A stretch of DNA of 57,953 nt, the filler included, from Basidiobolus meristosporus CBS 931.73 (taxonomy: Eukaryota; Fungi; Basidiobolomycota), in assembly GCA_002104905.1 (NCBI GenBank). It is 3 parts of 3 records of this genome, joined end to end, with 100 filler letters (N's around TTAATTAATTAA, not from the genome) between each part and the next. Parts side by side here need not be neighbours in the genome. Positions count along the whole stretch, not along the records: positions 45,147 to 57,953 come from MCFE01001226.1; 2 more parts are not named here. One strand, written 5' to 3'. The notes beneath the pieces were generated by a model. That model was not told the DNA's origin. It did no database searches and worked only from the letters and a program-made list of their open reading frames with translations. Positions 48,372 to 57,953 of the stretch are shown one piece after another. The translations under genes were made by a program, and so were the position numbers. Every line of letters begins with the position of its first letter. The first letter of the stretch is position 1.

Positions 48372-51100
48372 TCCTTGCCAATATAAATGTCATTTTTTGT
48401 GAAAATATTCCATTTTCATCAAACAAAACATCCCTGGACTTGCTTAGCTTCTTTGCATTGGTATTAAAGAGTCTATGCTTTACTCTCATTACAGTAGTCC
48501 AAATATATGCATCTTACACTTTTTGGCTCAAATTTTGACTAATTTCCAGGCAGTTTCTTAGCTTATGCTGTGCACCCTAGTATTTTTAGATATTCTGCAC
48601 TTGGTCTGTGTCTATACAATGCTTCAAATGGAGTAGAATTGCAAAGTATTCTGTTATAACTGCTATCTTTAAGGTATACAGCTAAGGCAACTGATTCTGC
48701 CCAAAAATCATAGTATAATTTTTGATTATGGATTATAGATCTTGCCATATCAGTTATTGATCTGTTTGCACATTCTACTACTCCATTTTGCTGTGGGGAG
48801 TATGGTGCAGTAGTCTCTTGATTTATCCCATGAATTTTGCAGAAGGGGATGAAGAGTTTTGCGGTATATTCTCCACCATTGTCAGAGCTTATTTTCTTGA
48901 TTTTCCCACCAGTTTCTCTCTCCATCATGGCTTTAAACTCCCTGAACTTAGACAGAGCTTCTTCCTTTCTCACCATGAAGTAGACCCACATGTATCTTGT
49001 ATAATAATCAATAAAAGTGAATAAATATGTTGTGATGGTGTATAGGTCCAAGGGAGAAATAGGTCCAACACTTCTCAAGTGTTTTGTGTGTGGTGTGTTC
49101 ACTGGGTGCAATAACCTCTGGTAAAAGCTTGCTAGGAATACTTGGGTTCTGTCTCTAATCTAATGTGGAGGGGAATAAAGCCACAAGCTTATCAAGGGAA
49201 AACTATTGAGCTACAATCCCCAACTTAGTTGGCGTCTTAACAAAAATATGTGCTGGGTTCAGTGTCCTTTGAGATGACAATGTACTAAAGCTTCCAAAGT
49301 CAAAACAACTGTAAACTCCACCAGCAGGGACTTGATAAGAATGCAGCTGTGGTCAATAGTTACAAAGACAGAAAAGTATCTTTGCCTGTACAAGAACAAA
49401 CTTGGGAAAGAATCAAATATAATAAAAGATACTTACTCTGAGTATTCCTCACAGGTAGTGCCTCCAAGGTCAGTTGGCTGTCAGCATGGTTCTCTGGGAG
49501 TGTCCTGTGGTCTGGGGTTGGAAGTTCAGGTAGCAGCAGGTAGCAGTGATCACACTAATCAACAAGTTGGTATATTGATAAAAGGGATGTTGATTTATTG
49601 TTGAGGGATAGCCTCCCTTATATACTTTTCTCACTGGCTAAGTGATTACTAAGCATGGTATTACAGAAGGTTCTGGATATCAATAGAAATCTTAATGACA
49701 TCAGAATGACCTAAGAATGTTCTAAGTAGGTGCCGGAAGGTTCTAAGAGGCACAGCACATCCAACCAATTAGGAATCAGTATTCTGAAACCTGTGTAACA
49801 TAGGGATACCATATATGGTCTGGAAATGGTAGGGATGGTGACACAGGTTGATCATGTGTCACGGTTACTGGCGCAGGTACTTGCCTAATATAGAAGCACT
49901 TATAGCTAGTAATCTTACATAAAGTGAAGGGTAACTTATGCAATAAGGTTAGCAGGTGTGATAGTCAACCGGCTTATGGGATAGTACTGATTGGGTAAGA
50001 CAAATGGGATAAAACTAAAATAAGTGTAGTAGAGATATAGGGAAGTAGAAAATAAGGGAATGCGCACATCTGTCAGTGGGTGTCACTGTCACCCCACTAT
50101 AATGTCATCTCACCTGGGGATAAATTCTGCATAGGTCCACACAGATCTGAGTGAATTTGATCTGATCTTTTCTTTGTTTTGATTAACCCAGAGCTCTTAA
50201 ACAGCTGTCTGGCTTGTTTCCCATATATGCTGGCTTCACAGTGCTCCAAATTAGCTAGGGGGTCAATTTTAACTCTGGAAATTAGCTGATCTTTGATCAT
50301 TTTGCTCATATAATCAAAATTGATATGTCCAAATCTCCTGTGCCAAAGCATTGGTGTTTCTTCATTTAAGTTGCCTATATTGGCTTCCAGATATGGTGGA
50401 ATATAAGTCAACTTATACAGATTCTTATCTCTGATACCCAAGTAATGTGAGCACCATATTGATCAGTGATCCTGCATCCAGAATTGTCAAAGCTAAAACT
50501 GGGTCCTTCTACTGTGACCTTGCTTACCAATAGTAGGTTATTGACTATTTCTGGTACATAAAGTACATCTTTGATGGTCAGTGTATGGCTTCCTTCACTG
50601 CTTCTAAGGTCTACTTGGATGGTTCCTTCTCCCGCTGCATCAGGTATCCTATTGTACCCTTGAAAACCTTCTTGATTGCAATATCTTGATATTGGGTAAG
50701 AAGTTCTTTTTGGTGTGTTAAGTATTGAGATGCTTCAGAGTCAATACACCACATCTGAGAATTCTTGTTTGTGGTCATATTTAGTGCAGATATTAATAGT
50801 CTATCTTCAGTTGTTGCAGCATTTCCATATTCAGGCTTTTTCTGCTGACCATTGCTTTTTATGAGGCACAGGTCTGATGTGTGTCCTTTCCTTTTGCAGT
50901 AGTTACAAAACAGGTTTCTATTGCCTTTAAAGATCTTGGGTATCTTCTTTGTTGGTTATCATTGGTTATTAAAGCATTTTCTTCTTCCTTCTTATTGGCA
51001 CTTGATTTTATTAATTCTTCATCTGGGAGCCTTCCATGTAAATAATTTAAGGTCAAATCTCCAGTTCTGAGTTCTAGGGCTGATACAAGGCCCTGAAACC
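48372..51100 (-). pseudogene. Decayed Ty1/Copia gag C-terminus, protease, GAG-pre-integrase and integrase, split by a solo LTR
   Basis: LWHRRFGHIN, IHSDLCGPM, FIDYYTRY, SDNGGEY and PYSPQQNGVVE motifs in ORFs 50097-50441 and 48563-49111. Confidence 0.93.
49031..50101 (-). repeat. Solo LTR of the C/D family inserted in the Copia integrase
   Basis: Collinear with 40487-41594; 4-bp TSD ATGT at 49027-49030 and 50102-50105; removing it restores PGEMTYLFTFID. Confidence 0.93.
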
Positions 51101-51570
51101 TACTTGTTGGGATGCACTTGGAATACTTCACCAAAATACCTGATATCCAGAACATGAAAATTCTCAAAGTTGTCCAAACATCCCCAAACCTTGCAGACAT
51201 GTTCTTGGGGTCTTCCTATACCTATTCTATCTGTATACTATGCCAATACCATATAAAAGTATAAATACTACTTTTACATTCAATAAATCATTGATTGAAA
51301 ACAACATAATTTACTTGTTCTCCCAATCACATCCAATATCTCCAGGACTCTTACAACAGATTATGATCCCCGAGCTGTCACTCTCTGCAGTATCTACTAC
51401 TGCTATTACTGGAATTCTTCCCTCTGCTGAAAAGTTGGATGGATCTAACTACCAAGCATGGAAGGTGAAGACAAAGATGTAGCTACAAGAAAGAGGCCTT
51501 TGGGATATTGTCATGGGAGAAGAATGCCTTCCTAAATGCATGGGAGAGGAATTCTTTAAGTACCAGAAGA
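51100..51570 (+). mobile_element. Inverted Copia fragment: 3' part of LTR (to 51358), PBS (51359-51376) and gag N-terminus
   Basis: LTR end CTCTTACAACA, PBS GATTATGATCCCCGAGCT, EKLDGSNYQAWKVK. Confidence 0.88.
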
Positions 51571-52543
51571 AAGAGCATAGCACTTGATTTAATTAATCCA
51601 TGATTCAGTATTCTTCCATATATGTAATTAAAAGTCAAATATTCAGTTCTGGACTTTAGGGCTGATACAAGGCCCTGAAACCTGTCTGTTAGTCTATTCA
51701 GGATGGTTACTATTACATCCTCATCAGTAGTTGGTATGCCCACATATTCCATCTTATCACACAGCTGGGTAATTCTGTTAATTAGATTTTTCATTTCTTC
51801 TCATGGCAGCAACTTTGTAGAAAAGAATTTTTGTCTTAGATACATTTTCTTGGCAACTGAAAGTGACTGGTAGGTGTCTTTTAATGCCTTCCAGGTATTC
51901 TTTGCTGCTTTTGCTCTTGAGCATTGAATTAGCAATTTGTCTTTGACATCAAGGCAAATGCAGTTGAAGGCACTCTGCTCTTTCTTCTAGTACTTGAAGA
52001 ATTCCTCTCCCACACTTTTGGGAGGGTATTCTTCTCCCATGACAATACCCCAGAGGTCTCTTTCTTGTAGCAGCAGCTTCATCTTCACCTTCCACACTTG
52101 GTAATCAGATCCATCCAACTTTTCAACACAGTGAAGAATTCCATTAATAGCAGTAGCCAACATTGCAGAGAGTGACAGCTTGGGGCTCATAGCCTGTTGT
52201 AAGAGTCTTGGAGATATTGGAAGTGATTGGGAGAACAAATAGATTATGTTTTTTTCACTTAGTAATATATTGAATGTAAAAGTTGTATTTATACTTTTAC
52301 ATAATCTTGGCCTAGCATACACATAGAATAGGTTTAGGGAGGCTCCAAGAACATGTGTGCAAAGTTTGGGGCTGTTTGAACAACTTGGAATATTTTTACT
52401 GAGATATTAGGTACCCAGAACATGAAAATTCTCAAAGTCAATCCCAACAGGGATTTTGGTCAGCATTCTCTAGGATTTGGAGGTAATGATCTAAGTGACT
52501 AAGCTTAGTGAATACTTAGGTGGAATTACAAATTTTTACAACA
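51571..52543 (-). mobile_element. Copia 5' end: 349-bp LTR (52195-52543), PBS (52177-52194) and decayed gag
   Basis: LTR similar to 27836-28184; PBS GGCTATGAGCCCCAAGCT; EKLDGSDYQVWKVKMKLLLQERDLWGIV. Confidence 0.92.
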
Positions 52544-53017
52544 ATAGCTTGGTCCTTAAGATCTAAACAATAAAGTCATTGTAGATCTCTAGTAAAGAAT
52601 GCCACACCTATAAGAATACTGAAGATTGGGTACCTGGATATATGTAGGCAGGAAGCTTAGTCATCAAGGTATAAGTGCAAGATCTGCAATACAACTGTAG
52701 CTTAAGCTAGGTCATATAAGCAGAAAGTAGTAATAAGCTATGTTTATCTTGATGCTTACATAGATATATCTGAGAGTTATCCAAGAGACTCCAAGCTTTG
52801 TCCATATGAGCTGGGCACTGTCCTGGTGGAGCTCTAAGTAGATAATTTGAAAAGTACTCATTGAACTATTTGCAACTATACCATTCAGCAAGCATTTAAT
52901 CAGAACTGCATGAGCAGCAAGCCCTCCCAATCACTTCAAGAGCATTGCAGCATATCAGTGGTAAGTGCATCTCACAGTACTCCTGAATGGACTAAACTTT
53001 GCAAATAATTCCTGATG

Positions 53018-53358
53018 CTTTTTGTAGATTTTGTAATTACACCTACATATTCACTCTATTTGTCATTTACATCCTACTTTACAAATCTTAGATTTCCAGG
53101 TAACTTTTGTATTGGAATATAGATTAATTCTCTAAAATAGTCATGTACAGACAACATAGGTGTTGCCAAAGTTATCAAAAGAGCCCCCAAGTTTGCACAT
53201 ATATTAATGGGACCTTTCCAAAGTAATATTCTACATGCTTGTTATGCCAAGGCCATGTAAAAGCATAAAAATCACTTTACATTCAATAAGTCATTGAATG
53301 AGAACCTCATGATGTACCTGTTCTCCCAATTGCTTCCAATATTACCAAGACTCTCACT
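53018..53358 (+). repeat. Heavily decayed LTR of the 349-bp Copia family
   Basis: Reverse-complement similarity to 52195-52543 (TTTGCACAT, ACATTCAATAA, TGTTCTCCCAAT, CCAAGACTCT). Confidence 0.6.
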
Positions 53359-53556
53359 GCAAATCTCCCAGAATAGATCATTATATTTGAGTGGGGGTAT
53401 GGAAAGAATGTCTGATTTGTCCCAGACTTGAATGCTTCATGCTTAGGTCACACATCCTCCTTACTGCTCTAAGTTGCAGATAGGCTCCTAGATCAACTTG
53501 CCACAGCCCTTAGTAGCAAGGGTGTATATGGGGGATTCAGATTTGAGCTTTCTTTT

Positions 53557-56500
53557 TGTTGCAATATTCTGAGGAGTATTGGAAGTGATGTGGAGAACTA
53601 GAGGATTTACATGTTATTCACTTGTAGATTTATTGATCAAAAGTATGGTATTTATACTTTTGATAAAGTAGAGGAAACAAACGTGTAGAGTTTGTTAAGG
53701 AAGGTCCCAAGAATATGTGTGCAAAGTTTGGGGTCTTTTGGACGACTTTGAGAAAAATAATAATCTGGGTACCTGACAATTTGGTGAAAATATTCTAAGT
53801 AAATCCCGACAAGAAATCTAGTCAGGACAGAATGCTAATCACAGAATAAGATCTATGTGACTAAGTTAGCATGAATATTTAGGTGACAATTCAATAATTA
53901 CAACACTCCCACTCAACAAAATATTCATGAGTAATAAATACATATTGTGAGTGTGCAATCTGTAATAAGCGTATAAGATTTAACTGTTTTGCATACTGGA
54001 CTAATATATTATCCAAAGGTGTATGCATTTGTGTTCAACTTAATAGAACAAGTAACTTGGAATTCAGTATGCATATCTACTTAGTAATATGCCTAAAAAT
54101 CTGAATGATCTGATCATAATACTAATCATCAACTTTGATCAGTTGTACGGGCTTGAATAATAAGCTGAGTCTAATTGACAGATCGTAATAATGGTATATA
54201 GCCTCTGGGCTATCCAATGCTTCTTATTTGAGCAAAATTGACCCACTTTTGGTCAAGTTAAGGTTTTGTCATTTACGGCAGATCTGGAGTTTCCTTATTT
54301 CCGGCCAACAGTCTAATCCATTTAGACAACTTCACTGTGTGTCCATATTAGGCTCAGGGACAGTTACTTCCATCATATAGATGCTATATGAGGTAAAAAA
54401 TAGTGACCTACTTTGGGTCAAGTTAAGGTTTTGTCATTTACGCCTGATCCGGATTATCCTTGTTTCCTGGCACTGTGGCACATATAACATGGCCAAAAAA
54501 AGAAGGTTTTTGCTCAACTCTGAGCTGGGATGGCCTGCTCCCACTTGAACCACGTCTGTTTAGTGATTCAGATCCACAAATATGATCTAGAATGGTCATC
54601 TTTGTCTTCTTTAAATAGCAATAACTTTCTTTGGACTGATTACTTCATATGCGGTAGATTCAAGTCCATTTGCTTCTTGATTTACCCAGTTTGGTATTGG
54701 ACAACACCATGGGTTGTTTGGTAGCTATTCTTAGAGTGCTTCTACTGATTTGGATTGATACAGCTGCTTTTGTCTTATCAGAATATACTTGTAGAATAGA
54801 GATTGGCGCTTTTCCAGAAGTGAGATTCTCCTTAACAAGGGCTTTGATTATCCTTATTCTCCTGATAGTTATTTTCAACCTTGAGCTCGGTTTCCAAGGC
54901 TAACTGATCTTCTCAGTGTCTTCAGAATCCATAAAAACCATCTGGTTGATCCTTGCACCTTTTTCTTTCAGCTCCATAGACAGCAGACATCAAGACTTCT
55001 GCACTAAATAATCTGTTCCAATATATACTACAATATCTAACAGATCCTGTTGAAGTTTCAAGGCTCTTCTGGGGTTTCTAGCTTGAGAACTTCGTACAAG
55101 AGGCTCCATAGAGCATATCTGCATTGCCAGATAGTCCAAATATGGCCTACATAAGTTTTGGCACCATTTGGGAAGTACCCTAGTTTGCGGTAGTAGTATT
55201 TTCCATTTTTTCTTCTTTTCTTTTTCTGCTGATGACCCAGGGATAATTCCTTTTGTGGGGTGGTTCTGGACTTCCTTGCAGGTGGGACCACGGTGTTTTT
55301 GAGCACAAGAGTCTCCATGACATCATTGTTCCAGAATATCTGACTATTTGAGAGTGAAATAATCAAAATCGGCATCCACTTAGATCATTCATAACTTTTG
55401 ATAGAGTTGACCAAATTTGATCAAATAAACTGCATTTGATAGCTAGCTTCATCAATACTTCGGTATCAGACTCCAATATATCAGTATTTTGAGTTGCAGA
55501 ACTTGGCGGTGACTTGATCAATCAAAATTCTTCTGATCTGATCCAGAGAAGTTAAATATCACCAAGTGTTTTCTCCCACTGTAATAAGTGATATATATAT
55601 AACAAGTATAAAGTACTATGTTATCTTCTGAGTGGCTCTTAGCTGTGTACTGACCAACTGTTGCTTGGTTGTATACTCCAATCAGGCTTGCAATTATATG
55701 CTTCACTCCTTTGGCTGGCGGTAGAATCTTCATGAGTTGATTTTGCTAAATTTGTATAATACTTTCTCCCACTGTTTTGAGACTTAAACAGAGTGATAGC
55801 ACGTCTAACAGCTCCATATTTAGCTCCTGGTACACTGGTTTCAGTATCAAAACACTTGATACAATTATAGCATTCTTCTAATGGATTGTGTAGTACATAT
55901 CCGTACTCCAGGTGGATATATATGTATTATATATCATTGGGATCCTTACAATTCAGGAAGCTTGTTTCTGAGATCTTTTTCCATCAGTAGATAGTCCAGA
56001 ATGGCGGCTAACAGCTCCAGTATTTGCATTCTCAGCTGTATTTTGAGTGGCAACAGATTTTTGGTAAAATCCTCCTCCGGCAATCATTAATAATGATCTA
56101 TATTTTTTTTTTTGCAATTCAGGATAATATCCTATCCAAGAGCTCGTCTAACAGTCAATTGGGGTCATATGAATACATATTGCAGTATATTTCATTGTAG
56201 ATCTGGACCCTCAATTGCTGGAATTACGCAATTTTCTTCAGTAGTGGTAGAGCACCAACATACTATATTTCTTGACACAATTACATGCCAGTTTGATTGA
56301 CTCTTCTTCATAACTAACTTGGATAGTTACTGAAGGCATCTTTTGAAGGCAAGGCCTTCTTCTCCACAGCAATATCCTCATAAACATAGTCCTTTAGCAG
56401 CGGTAGTCTTCTTTAACCTTAGCAGAGCAATAGTGCGGAAAGTCTTTCTCCAGACTAGCAGAAAAGGATCCAAAGCATAGTAGACACCAAGAGGACAGCA

Positions 56501-56866
56501 AGCTCGGGGCTCATAACCTGTTGCAATATTCTGAGGAGTATTGGAAGTGATGTGGAGAACTAGAGATTTACATGTTATTCACTTGTAGATTTATTGATCA
56601 AAAGTATGGTATTTATACTTTTGATAAAGTAGAGGAAACAAACGTGTAGAGTTTGTTAAGGAAGGTCCCAAGAATATGTGTGCAAAGTTTGGGGTCTTTT
56701 GGACGACTTTGAGAAAAATAATAATCTGGGTACCTGACAATTTGGTGAAAATATTCTAAGTAAATCCCGACAAGAAATCTAGTCAGGACAGAATGCTAAT
56801 CACAGAATAAGATCTATGTGACTAAGTTAGCATGAATATTTAGGTGACAATTCAATAATTACAACA
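53557..56866 (-). mobile_element. Young non-autonomous Copia-type LTR element (3310 bp) without recognisable gag/pol
   Basis: LTRs 53557-53905 and 56519-56866 differ by one indel by eye; TSD CTTTT at 53552-53556 and 56867-56871; PBS GGTTATGAGCCCCGAGCT at 56501-56518; PPT GTTGAGTGGGAG at 53906-53917. Confidence 0.95.
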
Positions 56867-57603
56867 CTTTTAACTAGAAATGTCCTGTAAATATATTCTA
56901 GCAATGAGCCAATAGGGTAGGGAATGAAAGCTGGGTGGAAAGCAAATGTAACGTTTGTAGATCACATACCAAATAACCTTACTTGAGGGTGTCACGAGTT
57001 CGCAGATGGAAAAGTGCCATAGTCTAACCAGAATGGCTTTGATTGAAATATCCGGTATTGATACAATGTTGACTAGCCAGGCAGAGGCAAGGTGGAGGAT
57101 TTCTTTTGAGCATACTTCGACTATTGACAGATTATTAAGGTAGCCGGAAAGAGGGGTTCGAAATGGCTGTTCACGGGAAACTGTTCAGCAGACATTGCAA
57201 AGAATTCAAGCCTTACCACCAATGAGCATTTCCACAGGCTCAGAGCATTGACAAGGAGAACTGGTCAATCCCTATATTGGATTTCCAAAATCAGCCCTCA
57301 TATTAGCACCCCTTACATGGTGCGAGTGAGATGTCAATCGAGATACTCATCTGGCATGCGTGGCTCCCCGATGACTACCCACAATGGCCTGGCCAGAACA
57401 TTTCGCATTTGCTCGTAAGCAGCCTTTTCAAGTACTCGGCAAATATTCCGTGGATTCGACTATATCCGGTATGAATGCTGTCATACGCTCCACCATAACG
57501 AAGGATTACGACTGGAAATGCGGGTATTTATTATTGTCAATATTAATGCGATGCTTTCTTTACATGATGAATATCAATAGTTGGGAAATGTGTGGGAGCT
57601 CGA

Positions 57604-57951
57604 TTAACCTCTGTTGGTGAACAAACTGCCGGAGCCTTCTTGGACAGTGGCGATCTTGCGAATAGCGTTAGTGATAGCGGCAGTACGATAGCAAGTCTTC
57701 AACTCGTTGGCGGTGGCTCTGGTTTCCTCGCAAGCGTTGATCATGGTGTCCTCAAGTCCAGAGTACACCAACTCATGCTCCTCAGCTCCATGAATGACAT
57801 TGCGGCGCTCAGACTCGGTGAGCTTGCGTCCTGCGTTCTCCTCGACAAGTTTGAGGATCTGGGATTTGCCAAGCTCGTCCCACTTCTTGTTCATACGTCC
57901 GAATCGGATGTGGGAAAGGTTCTTGAGCCACTCGAAGTATGACACACACAC
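57604..57951 (-). CDS. GDH: C-terminal end of an animal/mitochondrial-type glutamate dehydrogenase; open at the window edge
   Basis: VSYFEWLKNL-x-H-x-x-FGR, GA-x-E-x-x-LV-x-SGL-x-x-TM and RTAA...AI-x-KI motifs match the GLUD1-type C-terminus; CpG-rich unlike the TE region. Confidence 0.92.
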   Translation of the reverse strand: MCVSYFEWLKNLSHIRFGRMNKKWDELGKSQILKLVEENAGRKLTESERRNVIHGAEEHELVYSGLEDTMINACEETRATANELKTCYRTAAITNAIRKIATVQEGSGSLFTNRG

Positions 57952-57953
57952 AC

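Noticed and set aside
54670-54903. Hydrophobic 77-aa plus-strand ORF as a membrane or env-like protein
   Set aside because: Short, non-ATG start, expected from the antisense of an A-rich strand
55058-56300. Faint Copia-like words in the non-autonomous cargo (VIVSRNIV, KQWEKVLYKF, KYYYRKLGYF)
   Set aside because: Very short, in different frames and not in gag-pol order; cannot be supported without a profile search
57592-57942. Plus-strand 116-aa ORF
   Set aside because: Antisense shadow of GDH
57941-57953. CACACAC microsatellite or telomeric repeat at the window end
   Set aside because: It is the coding sequence for V-C-V of GDH on the minus strand
1-57953. CRISPR arrays, rRNA/tRNA genes or prokaryotic operons
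   Set aside because: No regularly spaced repeat-spacer array or structural RNA gene seen; tRNA-like words are primer-binding sites

Overview
Eukaryotic, transposon-saturated window of three contigs. They are joined by artificial 100-nt spacers (44 N + TTAATTAATTAA + 44 N) at 28711-28810 and 45047-45146. The host is probably a fungus, perhaps early-diverging (inference from the TE families and the GDH type). Roughly 1-56900 is a nest of mobile elements. (i) Ty3/Gypsy family A (368-bp LTR, tRNA-iMet 3'-end PBS): four copies plus a fragment, two with long intact pol frames. (ii) Gypsy family C/D (about 1.08-kb LTR, tRNA-Lys PBS): one copy with an intact 1617-aa gag-pol, plus an older copy and a solo LTR. 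(iii) A Ty1/Copia family with 349-bp LTRs and a half-tRNA-iMet PBS, all decayed. (iv) A very young 3.3-kb non-autonomous LTR element related to that Copia family (53557-56866, perfect 5-bp TSD, no recognisable coding cargo). (v) Many decayed En/Spm (CACTA, Tnp2-like) copies carrying a second ORF on the opposite strand. (vi) Two decayed IS5/Harbinger-like (DDE_Tnp_4) transposases, one next to a 735-bp near-perfect palindrome. The only host gene is the 3' end of an antenna-bearing glutamate dehydrogenase at the right edge. Differences between repeat copies are often CpG to TpG/CpA, and CpG returns abruptly near the host gene. Boundaries of young elements are base-exact; those of decayed elements are approximate. 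All family calls come from visual motif recognition, not database searches.
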